Below are positions 45,151-54,639 of a DNA stretch of 64,000 nucleotides, in pieces. The notes below the pieces were generated by a model. That model searched no databases, had not been told where the DNA came from, and saw only the letters and a list, made by a program, of their open reading frames with translations. The stretch is from NCBI GenBank assembly GCA_001790525.1, contig MGCU01000023.1:5659-69658 (forward strand), given 5' to 3'. Made by a program: the position numbers and the translations under genes. Within the stretch, counting starts at the first letter, position 1, and each line of letters starts with the position of its first letter. Origin of the DNA: Candidatus Saccharibacteria bacterium RIFCSPHIGHO2_12_FULL_47_16b. GTDB lineage: Bacteria > Patescibacteriota > Saccharimonadia > Saccharimonadales > UBA10212.

Positions 45151-45521
45151 TACAGTACCTCCGGCGCCAGTGAAGCAATTTTAGAAAAACCCTTTCGGCG
45201 AAGCTCGCGTGGGACTGGGCCAAAAATACGAGTGCCTCTTGGCGACCGGCTATCTTCGGCTAGCAAGACAGCGGCATTATCATCAAAGCGGATTATCGAG
45301 CCGTCTTTGCGCTTAATCGGGCTGCGGGTTCTGACAATAACGGCTTTGACTACACTTTTGCGCTTGACGCCACCAGTTGGGTTGGCCGTCTTAACGCTAG
45401 CTACTATCAGGTCGCCGACGCCACCATAGCGACGACCACTGCCGCCAAGAACTCGTATACAAAGAAGCTCGCGAGCACCGCTGTTATCAGCAGCGATTAA
45501 GCGGCTCTGTTGCTGTATCAT
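45150..45521 (-). CDS. rplN: 50S ribosomal protein L14
   Basis: Start refined to the internal ATG ([18 protein letters not shown]..., 123 aa). The ORF-track frame is open 39 codons further upstream with no plausible start. Confidence 0.9.
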   Translation of the reverse strand: MIQQQSRLIAADNSGARELLCIRVLGGSGRRYGGVGDLIVASVKTANPTGGVKRKSVVKAVIVRTRSPIKRKDGSIIRFDDNAAVLLAEDSRSPRGTRIFGPVPRELRRKGFSKIASLAPEVL

Positions 45522-45573
45522 AAAGCTCCTTTCTGCCGCAGTAGTGAGTAGACAGTAGTGAGTAGTAAGTAAT

Positions 45574-46053
45574 TCACTTTTTAGACTCCTTCGGTGAACT
45601 TTTTTCGGAAAGTTGGTCCTTGCTTGCTGGCTTAGCATTTTGTTTGTCTTTTACTGTCGCCTGCCTGCTGTCCACTGGTTTCTGTCCAGTCTCTTCTGGA
45701 CTCTGGACTCGGGACTCTGGACTCTTTGCCTTAAGCTTCGGTTGGGGCTGTTGCTTTTTTGTAAGTTCTTCAATTGGCACATCGGCAGTAACGTCAGTTT
45801 CTTTATAGCCAATGCGAGCTTTATCGACAATTTTTTCCAGAACAAAATGCTTACGAGCACTTAATGGTCGGCTTTCACGAATAATAACTTTATCGCCAGT
45901 TTTAGCTTCGTTCTTCTCGTCATGGGCCATAAGCTTTTTACTAACGGAATACCGCTTCTTGTAAACAGGATGCGTCTTAGCAGAAGTCACCATAACGACG
46001 ATGCTTTTATCATTCTTATCACTCACTACCATACCTAAAATTAAGCGGGCCAT
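45574..46053 (-). CDS. rpsQ: 30S ribosomal protein S17 with ~75-aa Lys/Pro/Ser-rich C-terminal extension
   Basis: S17 OB-fold core in the first ~85 aa. The tail is ...[61 protein letters not shown]. Confidence 0.85.
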   Translation of the reverse strand: MARLILGMVVSDKNDKSIVVMVTSAKTHPVYKKRYSVSKKLMAHDEKNEAKTGDKVIIRESRPLSARKHFVLEKIVDKARIGYKETDVTADVPIEELTKKQQPQPKLKAKSPESRVQSPEETGQKPVDSRQATVKDKQNAKPASKDQLSEKSSPKESKK

Positions 46054-46253
46054 TACATTTTCTCCTTGGCCAATTGTTCACTCATAACCGTCATCATCCT
46101 GGCCAGATCTCTACGCTTAGTCCGGATAACCCGGACATTAGCTAACTCACCGCTATATAGGCGAAGCTTTAGTTCAGTAATTTCATCTCGAAGTTTAGCT
46201 GACTCCTTGACCAGATCGCCAGTGTCTAATTTACGAATATCAGCTATTTTCAT
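46053..46253 (-). CDS. rpmC: 50S ribosomal protein L29
   Basis: 66-aa helical L29 family. Overlaps the rpsQ start. Confidence 0.8.
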   Translation of the reverse strand: MKIADIRKLDTGDLVKESAKLRDEITELKLRLYSGELANVRVIRTKRRDLARMMTVMSEQLAKEKM

Positions 46254-46675
46254 TAGGCCACCTCTTTAGCCAGAAATTCAGTTTGGACCGGTAATTTATG
46301 GCCAGCTAGGCGCATTGCCTCACGGGCGATCTCTTCGCTAACGCCATCCATTTCAAACAAAACCGTACCGGGTTTAACCTTGGCCACGAAAAACTCTGGG
46401 TTACCCTTACCGCTGCCCATCTTGACGTCTTGTGGTTTACGAGTAACTGGCGTATGCGGAAAGATACGAATCCAAATTGAGCCGCCGCGCTTGACATAGC
46501 GAGTCATGGCTTGTCTGGCAGACTCGATTTGACTGGCGCTTATCCTATCGGAGTCCAAACTGATAAGGCCGTATCGGCCATAAGCTAGCTCATTTATCGA
46601 AGTGGCTCGGCCGCCATGAATACGCCCTTTCCTTACTTTTCGGTACTTGGAACGTGATGGCATTAGCATACGCAC
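46253..46675 (-). CDS. rplP: 50S ribosomal protein L16
   Basis: L16 family (RGGRATSINELAYGRYGL). Confidence 0.9.
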   Translation of the reverse strand: MRMLMPSRSKYRKVRKGRIHGGRATSINELAYGRYGLISLDSDRISASQIESARQAMTRYVKRGGSIWIRIFPHTPVTRKPQDVKMGSGKGNPEFFVAKVKPGTVLFEMDGVSEEIAREAMRLAGHKLPVQTEFLAKEVA

Positions 46676-46832
46676 CTCCGGTGCTCAATTACCAATTCAC
46701 AATTTACATTTTTCAATAAGTTTTCATTTATCAATTTATAAATAGAAAATAAGTCTGCAGCCAGTTTGTTAAATGACAAATGCAAAATAAATGGTAAATG
46801 GTTAATGGAAAATGGAAAATGGAATGACGCAG
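46676..46832 (-). repeat. Family-2 intergenic module between rpsC and rplP
   Basis: GCACCTCCGGTGCTCAATTACCAATTCACAATTTAC..., (AAATGG)n tandems, and the GAATGACGCAGTCACGA palindrome variant at the rpsC TGA stop. Confidence 0.6.
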
Positions 46833-47465
46833 TCACGATAACTCCCCCCGATATATCCAAACCTTCACGCCAATTAGTCCAGCGCCTGGGTAAAGGGCGC
46901 TGGCTTTAGCAAAATCAACATCAGCTCTAATAGTATGAAGCGGCACGCTACCTTGAACTTCCTTCTCGCGTCGGCTCATCTCGGTACCGCCCAGTCGGCC
47001 GGAGACTTCAATCCGAACTCCTTTAGCTCCGGCGCGCATGGATGATGCCGCTGCAGCTTTGACAGCTCGCCGAAACATAATTCTTTTTTCAAGCTGATGA
47101 GCAATATTCTCAGCCACCAATTTGGCCTGCAATTCCGGTCGTTTAATCTCTTCGATGTTGACCCTAACCGGAACTTTAAAGATCTTTTCAATCGCCTGCT
47201 TTAGTTCAGTTGCGCCGGTACCGCCTCGACCTATTACTACACCAGCTTTTGCGGTCTGTAGGGTGACAGTTACAAGATTGGGCGAGCGCTCAATGTCAAT
47301 TTTACTAACAGCCGCCCGCGAGCCAAGTTTAACTTCAATCAGCTTGCGAGCAGCTAGGTCTTGCCGCAAAAACTGGGCATAATCCTTTTTAGAGGCAAAC
47401 CATTTACTGCGCCAGTCTTTAGTGAGCGGTAAACGCATGTTGATTGGGTTAACCTTCTGCCCCAT
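46833..47465 (-). CDS. rpsC: 30S ribosomal protein S3
   Basis: KH domain plus S3 C-terminal domain. Confidence 0.9.
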   Translation of the reverse strand: MGQKVNPINMRLPLTKDWRSKWFASKKDYAQFLRQDLAARKLIEVKLGSRAAVSKIDIERSPNLVTVTLQTAKAGVVIGRGGTGATELKQAIEKIFKVPVRVNIEEIKRPELQAKLVAENIAHQLEKRIMFRRAVKAAAASSMRAGAKGVRIEVSGRLGGTEMSRREKEVQGSVPLHTIRADVDFAKASALYPGAGLIGVKVWIYRGELS

Positions 47466-47586
47466 CAGACGCTCCTCCCAGTCGCTTCAAGCTCTAAACT
47501 CGAAGCTCGAAACCCTAAAATTCGGAATTTAGAACTTAGTGTTTGGGATTTGTTTAGAAATTCGGGTTTAGAAATTAGAGTTTCCA
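47466..47586 (-). repeat. Family-1 AT-rich repeat spacer between rplV and rpsC
   Basis: CTCTAAACTCGAAGCTCGAAACCCTAAAATTCGG ... ATTTGTTTAGAAATTCGGGTTTAGAAATTAG. Conserved leader AGCGACTGGGAGGAGCG next to the ATG. Confidence 0.55.
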
Positions 47587-47967
47587 TTATTTAACTTTCT
47601 TTGTATGTTCGGACGATGGCTTTTTAACAACTCTCTTTTCTCCGTCAACTAACACTTTGATGTGGCTAGTTTTATGCTGGTATGGCAAAGCTCGGCCTCG
47701 GGCCGCTGGTCGGTATCGTTTAAGACGTAAACCAGCGCCAACTGTTATTTGGCTAATGTATAGGCTATCCGGCTTGTAGTTGTGATCGTGCACGGCATTG
47801 GCTCTAGCGCTAACAATAACTTTTTTTATGGTAACGGCCGCTCGCCGAGGCGTATGCTCTAGGATGGTAATAGCGTCATTGACAGATCGGCCACGTACCA
47901 AAGAGGCCACTAGTGCGGCCTTGCGCGGACTAACTCGAGCGCTACGATATTCGGCTTTAACTGGCAT
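47587..47967 (-). CDS. rplV: 50S ribosomal protein L22
   Basis: L22 family. Confidence 0.85.
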   Translation of the reverse strand: MPVKAEYRSARVSPRKAALVASLVRGRSVNDAITILEHTPRRAAVTIKKVIVSARANAVHDHNYKPDSLYISQITVGAGLRLKRYRPAARGRALPYQHKTSHIKVLVDGEKRVVKKPSSEHTKKVK

Positions 47968-48376
47968 CGGTTTGGCCTTCCTCTGGTTGAGCTGTTACAC
48001 CTTCGGCTGATTCTTCCTTAGCCGCCTCCGGTTTGGCAGCTTCAGCTTTACCGGTTTTACCAGCCTCGGTAGCTGGTGCAGCTGTCTTCATCGCTTCGGC
48101 TTCTTCTAGGCTCTTGGCTAGTTTGCCGCCGTGAACCTTAAACTTTCGAGTTGGGGCAAATTCACCTAGCTTGTGACCGACCATATTTTCTGTAATAAAG
48201 ACCGGTATATGGACTTTGCCATTATGTACGGCAATAGTTCGCCCAACGAATTCCGGCGGAATCGATGAAGCTCGAGCCCAGGTTTTGACAGCTGTTCGGT
48301 CGTCGGCCGACATAGCGGCTATCTTTTTGGCCAGCTTAAAATCAATAAACGGCCCTTTTTTGAGCGATCTACCCAT
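47957..48376 (-). CDS. rpsS: 30S ribosomal protein S19 with ~45-aa Ala/Glu/Lys-rich C-terminal extension
   Basis: S19 core ([33 protein letters not shown]). Tail [34 protein letters not shown]... Confidence 0.85.
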   Translation of the reverse strand: MGRSLKKGPFIDFKLAKKIAAMSADDRTAVKTWARASSIPPEFVGRTIAVHNGKVHIPVFITENMVGHKLGEFAPTRKFKVHGGKLAKSLEEAEAMKTAAPATEAGKTGKAEAAKPEAAKEESAEGVTAQPEEGQTDAS

Positions 48377-49234
48377 TTATTTTCTCCTGCCTTCGTGCCG
48401 CGCCCGGATGATGTACTTGTCCGTCGTTTTACGGCGCCGAGTTTTATAACCTAGTGTCTTTTGACCCCACGGCGTTGTCGGTGGTCTAGCCATTTTATGA
48501 CGACCGCCATCTCCACCACCATGCGGATGATCGGCTGCCGCCATAACTACACCTCTGACTGTTGGTCGAATGCCCCTGCGTCTGGTTCGACCGGCCTTGC
48601 CAACTTGAACATTTTGTTGCTGCTCATTGCCGACTGGTCCAATCGAAGCCATTGCTTCAGCTTGGAAAAGGCGTATTTCGCCGCTTGGTAAGCGGACCTG
48701 GGCAGATTTACCATCTTTGGCTAGTAGTTGAGCGGCAGTGCCGGCACCACGAGCTACTTGCGCACCGTGGCCAGGTGTAAGTTCTATGGCGTGGATAGTC
48801 GTGCCAGTCGGGATATTCTTAAGCGGTAATCGGTTGCCTCGGCTAATTGGCACTTCTTCATCAACTTTTACCTGTCGGCCAACCCGCATGCCTTTGCTGG
48901 CGATAATATAGTGGTAGTTGCCAGCTTGATCTTTTAGGCGGGCGATTTGGGCGCTCCGGTTAGGGTCGTATTCTATCTGTTCAACTGTGGCAACACTGCC
49001 GCGTGGTAGCTTAAAATTCACTTGTCGCCAAAACCGTTTGGCGCCACCACCACGGTGACGTGTGGTGATACGACCGCGGTTATTGCGAGCAACCGACGCT
49101 CGTTTTACTCTGACTAGACTCTTGAGCGGTTTTTTAGTCGTAATTTCCGAAAAATCGGGCGAGCTCATCCCACGTTGGGAGGGAGTAGTTGGCTTATATT
49201 CTCTAATAGCCATCTTATAGAACCTTTCTGTCAC
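48377..49234 (-). CDS. rplB: 50S ribosomal protein L2
   Basis: L2 family (HPHGGGDGG motif). Confidence 0.9.
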   Translation of the reverse strand: MTERFYKMAIREYKPTTPSQRGMSSPDFSEITTKKPLKSLVRVKRASVARNNRGRITTRHRGGGAKRFWRQVNFKLPRGSVATVEQIEYDPNRSAQIARLKDQAGNYHYIIASKGMRVGRQVKVDEEVPISRGNRLPLKNIPTGTTIHAIELTPGHGAQVARGAGTAAQLLAKDGKSAQVRLPSGEIRLFQAEAMASIGPVGNEQQQNVQVGKAGRTRRRGIRPTVRGVVMAAADHPHGGGDGGRHKMARPPTTPWGQKTLGYKTRRRKTTDKYIIRARHEGRRK

Positions 49235-49559
49235 TCTTTTTAACTTCTATATCTGATTTTTCAGTCTCCGTAAAAAACGGTAAACTCTGGCCGCTTTGCA
49301 AAGTTACATAAGCCTTCTTGTATGGTTTGTGATGAACCCTAATAAAGCGACCACGTTTCCGATAAAATCTTAACGGCTTAGCTGACGAAGCAGCTAGTCG
49401 GACAGTGCTAATCTCAACCTTATATTGTTTTGCAACCATATCAGCAACTTGTTGTCGGCTGGCATTTTTTGGGACAACAAAGATATAGGTATTTAGCTCC
49501 TGACTCTGCCGATAAGCCTTTTCGCTCATCTGTGGTTTGATAATTATCGCCGCCTTCAT
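49215..49559 (-). CDS. rplW: 50S ribosomal protein L23
   Basis: L23 family. Confidence 0.85.
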   Translation of the reverse strand: MKAAIIIKPQMSEKAYRQSQELNTYIFVVPKNASRQQVADMVAKQYKVEISTVRLAASSAKPLRFYRKRGRFIRVHHKPYKKAYVTLQSGQSLPFFTETEKSDIEVKKSDRKVL

Positions 49560-50215
49560 TTACTAGCCTCCCTAACGGTGGTTTTTTGACCAAGCCAAGC
49601 ATGGATAATTTCCACGGCTTTTTTGGATAAAACAATACTGTCTGCATTTAGCACATCAAAGACTGTCAAATAATTGGCGGCTACCGCTTGGACGTTGTCC
49701 AAATTCCTGGTAGCTCTATCAACTAACTCGTCCTTTTGTGAAACTACCAATAAGACCGAGCCTTTGGTGCCGATTTTCTGTAGCAGACTAATGGTTGGCT
49801 TAACTTGGCCGCTGGAACAATCGAAAGTTTCGATAACGCTAATTTTGTCGGAATTTGCGGCTAGGCTTAGAGCTTGACGCAACGCTTGGCGTTTAGTCTT
49901 GAGACCGATTTTACGCTGATAATTTTCGTAGCCAGTTGGACCAAAGGCCACACCGCCACCCCGCCAAATCGGGTTACGTCTGGAACCAAAACGCGCCTGT
50001 CCAGTACCCTTTTGGCGCCACGGTTTACGGCCGCCGCCGCGGACTTCGCCCCGTCTTTTAGTTTTAGCCAAGTTTGTTCTACCGCTCGATTGATAAGCCA
50101 GATAAGCATCCTGTAAAAGCTGATGGTTAATGTCGGTCTGACCAAATATAGACTTATCAAGCTTGGCTTCCGTCTCGGCTTTAGTGCCAGTTTTAGTATA
50201 GGTCGGTACCGCCAT
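49556..50215 (-). CDS. rplD: 50S ribosomal protein L4
   Basis: L4 family. Confidence 0.9.
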   Translation of the reverse strand: MAVPTYTKTGTKAETEAKLDKSIFGQTDINHQLLQDAYLAYQSSGRTNLAKTKRRGEVRGGGRKPWRQKGTGQARFGSRRNPIWRGGGVAFGPTGYENYQRKIGLKTKRQALRQALSLAANSDKISVIETFDCSSGQVKPTISLLQKIGTKGSVLLVVSQKDELVDRATRNLDNVQAVAANYLTVFDVLNADSIVLSKKAVEIIHAWLGQKTTVREASK

Positions 50216-50336
50216 CAGGCGCTCCTTCCAGTTGCTTCAAGCTCTAAGTTCGAAGTTCTAAGCTCTAAATTTTGGTATTTAAAACTTCGAGTTTGGTATT
50301 TGTTTAGAGTTTCGAGTTTAGGAATTAAAGCTTTCT
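50216..50336 (-). repeat. Family-1 AT-rich repeat spacer between rplC and rplD
   Basis: AAGCTCTAAGTTCGAAGTTCTAAGCTCTAAATTTTGG ... TTTGTTTAGAGTTTCGAGTTTAGGAATTAAAG. Confidence 0.55.
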
Positions 50337-50951
50337 TCATTTGGCCTCCTTCAATAAAACCAGGCCCTTTCTTGGACCTGGAATTGCACCGGCTACGCCA
50401 ATGAGGTTGTGCTTTGGATCAACAATGGCGATTTTGAGGTTTTTGACTGTCACTTGCTGGCCGCCCATTCGGCCAGCCATTTTTTTACCGGGGAAAATCC
50501 GCTGTGGAAACATCGAACCGATTGAGCCTGGGCGTCGGTAACTGCGGCCACCATGAGTTTTACGGCCACGGGCAAAGCCATGTCTTTTAATAACACCGGC
50601 AAAGCCTTTACCTTTGTTAACAGCCGTTGCATCTACTAAATCGCCAACCGAAAAAATATCGGCGGCCAGTTGGTCGCCGATATTAAGTTCTAGTTCAGCT
50701 TCGTCCTTAATCCGAAACTCGCGCATAATCCTGGCATTAGCCTTGGACTTTATAAGATGGCCCTCTTGGGCTCTGCCGATTTTTTTAGATTGTTCAGCGC
50801 CTAGCTGTATTGCCTGATAGCCATCTGTATCACTAGATTTGATTTGAGTAACTATATTCGGAGCGGCGGTCAGTAAGGTCACTGCGGTAGCTGCGCCCTT
50901 GTCGGAGAGCGTTGTCGTCATACCCAACTTTCTGGTAATTAGTGCTTTCAT
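50337..50951 (-). CDS. rplC: 50S ribosomal protein L3
   Basis: L3 family. Confidence 0.9.
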   Translation of the reverse strand: MKALITRKLGMTTTLSDKGAATAVTLLTAAPNIVTQIKSSDTDGYQAIQLGAEQSKKIGRAQEGHLIKSKANARIMREFRIKDEAELELNIGDQLAADIFSVGDLVDATAVNKGKGFAGVIKRHGFARGRKTHGGRSYRRPGSIGSMFPQRIFPGKKMAGRMGGQQVTVKNLKIAIVDPKHNLIGVAGAIPGPRKGLVLLKEAK

Positions 50952-51139
50952 TAACCGCGTCCTTTGCGCGTTTGTTTGAACATATAGCCGTAAAAATTAT
51001 TGTTGGCATATTAAAAAACTCTCGGTTTTAGCAGTTTCCTTTGATGTACTTTGCGATATTGGACTTACATAAAACCAAGATTGCAGAACTGCAATAGTTA
51101 ACAGATTAACACAATTAATCGACACTGGTCAAGTTGTAG

Positions 51140-51171
51140 TAAAAATTACAGTCGGCCTCAGGTGAGGCCGG
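51140..51171 (-). terminator. Candidate terminator downstream of the yjbQ-like gene
   Basis: Perfect 8-bp hairpin CGGCCTCA-GG-TGAGGCCG followed on the minus strand by AUUUUUA. Confidence 0.4.
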
Positions 51172-51265
51172 AGGTCTGTCCTTGAACAAGGTAAGTGAAT
51201 AGTCGTTTTTACCAAAAAACACATTGCCTTTTTCAAGAACAGACCTCATCGCAAGGTCGGACCTC

Positions 51266-51655
51266 TTAAATTGTCGTTACTATTAATTGTCTGTCGCGAG
51301 GGCCGTCCAGCTCAACCAGCACAGCTCTTTGCCAAGTACCCAGAACTAGTTTTCCGTTTCGAACAGGTATACTTACGGAAGGTCCAATTATCGAACTGGC
51401 CAAATGGGCCGGCACATGAGCTGGATTATGTGGATGACGGTATTTGAGTTTTGGTATCATCTGCCAAACAGCGTCAAGTAAGTCGAGATCAGTTCCGGGA
51501 TCTAAATCGGCGGTCGTCACCGCACAAGTTGTATGCGCCGCGGAAACAATACATAATTTATCGCTAGCCTCAATTAGATTATTAACTTGCTCGGTAATGT
51601 CGATTACTTCTCGGTTTTGGCTGGTTTTTACTGTAAGCTCGATGGTTTTAGCCAT
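51266..51655 (-). CDS. YjbQ/UPF0047 family protein (secondary thiamine-phosphate synthase-like)
   Basis: 129 aa with the family pattern ...CIVSAAHTTCAVT...DLD...H...P.H... Inserted between rplC and rpsJ. Confidence 0.6.
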   Translation of the reverse strand: MAKTIELTVKTSQNREVIDITEQVNNLIEASDKLCIVSAAHTTCAVTTADLDPGTDLDLLDAVWQMIPKLKYRHPHNPAHVPAHLASSIIGPSVSIPVRNGKLVLGTWQRAVLVELDGPRDRQLIVTTI

Positions 51656-51679
51656 ACATCTATAATAACTAACTTTTGA

Positions 51680-52135
51680 TTGGCGGAGATAGTTGAGGCA
51701 TTATATAAGCATATGCAGATTTATAGAGATGGTGATTCATATGTCGTTGTTCTAAAACTAGGCGAAGAGCTGTTTGAATCCCTGACTAATTTTGTTAAAC
51801 AAAATGAACTAAAGTCTGCTTGGTTTGATGGCCTTGGCGCCGCCAAAGAAGTTGAGCTTGGTTATTACCGGCTAGACGATAAGCAGTACTCCTGGAAAAC
51901 TTTTGTCGGACCATTAGAGATTACCGGTTTGCACGGTAACATGGTTTTAAAAGATGGCCAGCCAGTCTTTCACGCCCATGGTTCCTTCGCCGACGGATCT
52001 TATAAGGTCATTGGCGGTCATATAAAAAGACTTATGGTCGCCGGCACCTGTGAAATTTTGGTTTCAAAACTCAATTTAGCTCTGACTCGTAAGTTTGACG
52101 ATGAAGTCGGTCTCGAGCTACTTGAAACGAATTAA
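51680..52135 (+). CDS. PPC/DUF296 domain protein (AT-hook-associated PCC fold), opposite strand inside the S10 cluster
   Basis: DUF296-like segments YVVVLKLGEELFESL...GLGAAKEVELGYY...GHIKRLMVAGTCEIL. TTG start on the track; alternative ATG at 51713. Confidence 0.5.
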   Translation: MAEIVEALYKHMQIYRDGDSYVVVLKLGEELFESLTNFVKQNELKSAWFDGLGAAKEVELGYYRLDDKQYSWKTFVGPLEITGLHGNMVLKDGQPVFHAHGSFADGSYKVIGGHIKRLMVAGTCEILVSKLNLALTRKFDDEVGLELLETN

Positions 52136-52267
52136 CCTAATTAACCTAATTTCTAATTAACCTAAATAATGACCTAATGTGCCAATGACTTAATGAGTAA
52201 AGTTTGGGATTAGGGTTTTGAATTTGTTTAGAGCAATTAGAACAATTAGTGCAATTAGAAATTTAAT
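52136..52267. repeat. Convergent-terminus spacer with TAATTAACCTAA (x3), TGACCTAATG/TGACTTAATG and CAATTAG(A/T) (x3) direct repeats
   Basis: Short direct repeats visible by eye. Between the PPC-gene stop and the rpsJ stop. Confidence 0.45.
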
Positions 52268-52603
52268 TTACATCTTGATCTCAGCATCGCACCCGGCTGG
52301 AAGGGTGAGATTCATAAGGGAATCGACAGTTTTCGGCGTTGGGTCGGTAATATCGATTAATCTTTTATGAACGCGCATTTCGTACTGTTCGCGGCCTTTT
52401 TTGTAAACATGGGGGCTTTTGACAACTGTAAAGGTACTTTTGCGGGTTGGCAGAGGTATTGGTCCGGCAATGTTAGCGCCGGTTCTTAAAGCTGTCTCGA
52501 TTATTTGTTTAGCTGATTGGTCTATAACCTTATGGTCATAGGCCTTCAGACGGATCCTTATCCGTTGCTTAATTTCTGACTCGTTTTTTTTGCTATCCGC
52601 CAT
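52268..52603 (-). CDS. rpsJ: 30S ribosomal protein S10
   Basis: [16 protein letters not shown] is the S10 signature. Start placed at the internal ATG (MADSKK..., 111 aa), 4 nt after the upstream ORF stop. The track ORF extends to 52660. Confidence 0.8.
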   Translation of the reverse strand: MADSKKNESEIKQRIRIRLKAYDHKVIDQSAKQIIETALRTGANIAGPIPLPTRKSTFTVVKSPHVYKKGREQYEMRVHKRLIDITDPTPKTVDSLMNLTLPAGCDAEIKM

Positions 52604-52607
52604 AGTT

Positions 52608-52856
52608 TTATCGTGGTAAGGTGACCCCGGCCTGTTTAGCGGCTTCCAGTAGTTCGGCATTAAGCCTTAGAAGTTTAGCCTCCACACTAACTTTGGCGAA
52701 GTTTTTGTCAGTTATCACGCTACTTTTCATCTGTTTCAACATCGCATATATCTCTTTAACATCATTCTCTATAGCTTCGAGCTTGCCTTCGAGCGGCTTC
52801 AGCTCTTCGCGCATAATTGAACGAATTTCGCTTAAATCAGTTGCGGTCAAACTCAT
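52608..52856 (-). CDS. hypothetical coiled-coil protein (82 aa)
   Basis: Heptad-like [25 protein letters not shown]. Positioned for translational coupling with rpsJ. Confidence 0.4.
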   Translation of the reverse strand: MSLTATDLSEIRSIMREELKPLEGKLEAIENDVKEIYAMLKQMKSSVITDKNFAKVSVEAKLLRLNAELLEAAKQAGVTLPR

Positions 52857-52924
52857 AGTGTTGAGTATTCTAACATTAATTTGATCCGCTGCTTTATTTC
52901 CGGCTCAGCTTTTTTATCTGCCAT

Positions 52925-53230
52925 TTAGTGTCCAATCCTTATTACTTGACCGGGTTTTAGGTCGACTTTACGTTGAGTAGCCAGCATAAAGTTCTTCACG
53001 ATTACCTCAGCTGAGTCATCGTAAGCGATATCCTCATAGCCAACACGTTCACTCTCACTCTCCGGTGGAAAAACAACTTGTGGAGAGTTTTTTGTGTGCC
53101 AATAAACCGTAACTGAGCCATCAGCCTCCGCCATCATTGCGCCTGAGACGCCAGCATATGAGAAAATGCGTCGGAATGGGTCCTCGTCCGTTATGCGATA
53201 TGGAGCTCCGTGGAATTCGACTTTGCTCAT
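52925..53230 (-). CDS. hypothetical protein (101 aa) immediately downstream of tuf
   Basis: Starts 9 nt after the tuf stop. No recognisable motif. Confidence 0.4.
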   Translation of the reverse strand: MSKVEFHGAPYRITDEDPFRRIFSYAGVSGAMMAEADGSVTVYWHTKNSPQVVFPPESESERVGYEDIAYDDSAEVIVKNFMLATQRKVDLKPGQVIRIGH

Positions 53231-53239
53231 TAAATTAGT

Positions 53240-54421
53240 CTATTTTACGATTTTGGTAACGACGCCGGCGCCGACAGTTCGGCCGCCCTCGCGAATGGCA
53301 AACCGCAGACCTTGCTCCATGGCGATTGGTGCTTGCAATTTTACTTTGAAGGTAACAGTGTCGCCGGGCATGACCATCTCTTTATCGGCTGGTAGTTCAA
53401 CTTCGCCGGTTACGTCTGTCGTGCGGAAGTAAAACTGCGGTTTGTAGCCTTTGAAAAACGGCGTGTGACGACCGCCTTCTTCTTTGGTCAGAATGTAAAC
53501 TTCGCTGTCAAATTCAGTGTGCGGCGTAATTGAACCGGGCTTAGCTAGAACCTGGCCGCGCTCGATGTCATCGCGTTCGATTCCGCGCAGCAGTACACCA
53601 ACGTTGTCGCCAGCTTGACCTTGGTCAAGATTCTTCTTGAACATTTCAACACCGGTTACAACCACTTTCTTGGTTGGGCGAATACCGACGATCTCAACTT
53701 CCTCGTTGACTTTGACTACGCCGGTTTCCACACGACCGGTGGCAACTGTACCACGGCCTTTGATAGAGAACACATCTTCGACGGCTAACATAAAGGGTTT
53801 ATCAAGATCGCGCTTGGGCTCGGGAATGTAGTCATCCATCGCCTTAAGCAACTCCATTACAGCCTCTTCATTGGCGGCGTCACCCTCTAGGGCTTTAGTG
53901 GCCGAACCCTTAATGATTGGGCAATCCCTGTCAAATTCGTATTTTTTAAGCAGATCGCGCACGTCTTCTTCGACTAAATCAACTAGTTCAGGGTCGGCCA
54001 AGTCCATTTTGTTTAAGAAAACCAGAATACTTGGCACACCAACCTGTTTGGCCAGCAGCACATGCTCACGAGTTTGGGGCATCGGACCATCAGCCGCGCT
54101 AACAACTAAGATAGCGCCATCAATTTGGGCGGCACCGGTAATCATGTTTTTGATGTAGTCGGCGTGGCCGGGCATGTCAACGTGAGCATAGTGACGTTTT
54201 TCGGTCTCATACTCTTGATGAGATGTGGCAATGGTAATACCTCGGGCTTTTTCTTCTGGAGCGTTATCAATCTGTTCATAAGAAACCGGCTTATTGATAT
54301 CACTTGGTAGCTTTTTAGATAAGACGCTAGTAATAGCGGCTGTTAATGTAGTTTTGCCATGATCAACGTGGCCAATAGTGCCAACGTTAAGATGGGTCTT
54401 AGTCCGATCAAAATCTGCCAT
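53240..54421 (-). CDS. tuf: elongation factor Tu
   Basis: G1 [10 protein letters not shown]3 DMPGHADY, G4 NKMD. 393 aa. Confidence 0.95.
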   Translation of the reverse strand: MADFDRTKTHLNVGTIGHVDHGKTTLTAAITSVLSKKLPSDINKPVSYEQIDNAPEEKARGITIATSHQEYETEKRHYAHVDMPGHADYIKNMITGAAQIDGAILVVSAADGPMPQTREHVLLAKQVGVPSILVFLNKMDLADPELVDLVEEDVRDLLKKYEFDRDCPIIKGSATKALEGDAANEEAVMELLKAMDDYIPEPKRDLDKPFMLAVEDVFSIKGRGTVATGRVETGVVKVNEEVEIVGIRPTKKVVVTGVEMFKKNLDQGQAGDNVGVLLRGIERDDIERGQVLAKPGSITPHTEFDSEVYILTKEEGGRHTPFFKGYKPQFYFRTTDVTGEVELPADKEMVMPGDTVTFKVKLQAPIAMEQGLRFAIREGGRTVGAGVVTKIVK

Positions 54422-54639
54422 TTTCTCTCCCTTTGCCCACCTAAACTTTTTTAAAGTTTGCGCGGGTTTTCATTATTAGATTAATTATTAAATGCATGAG
54501 TTGTTATCTTACCATGTGGCCGCCGTCCCGCCAGGGCGGGATTGCACCTGAACATGAGAATACTAATCACCCCCATGCGGATATGCGAGAATTATAGATA
54601 AACCTAAACGCTTTGTAAAGTGTAATTAGACAGGAATTC

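Noticed and set aside
45522-45638. 39-codon N-terminal extension of the rplN ORF
   Set aside because: Alignment of L14 starts at the internal [15 protein letters not shown]. The upstream frame is open only because of the AGTAGTGAGTAG repeat spacer.
46663-46860. ORFs lying inside intergenic repeat spacers (46663-46860, 43000-43257, 43998-44240)
   Set aside because: They translate the AAATGGTAAATGG / CAATTCACAATT tandem repeats (producing HLPFTI-type repeats) and overlap the flanking r-protein gene ends.
54422-54639. CCCGCC-AG-GGCGGG hairpin in the tuf upstream spacer as a terminator for the upstream acyltransferase gene
   Set aside because: No U-tract follows on the minus strand. It could be a processing or attenuator stem, but the evidence is insufficient to call it.
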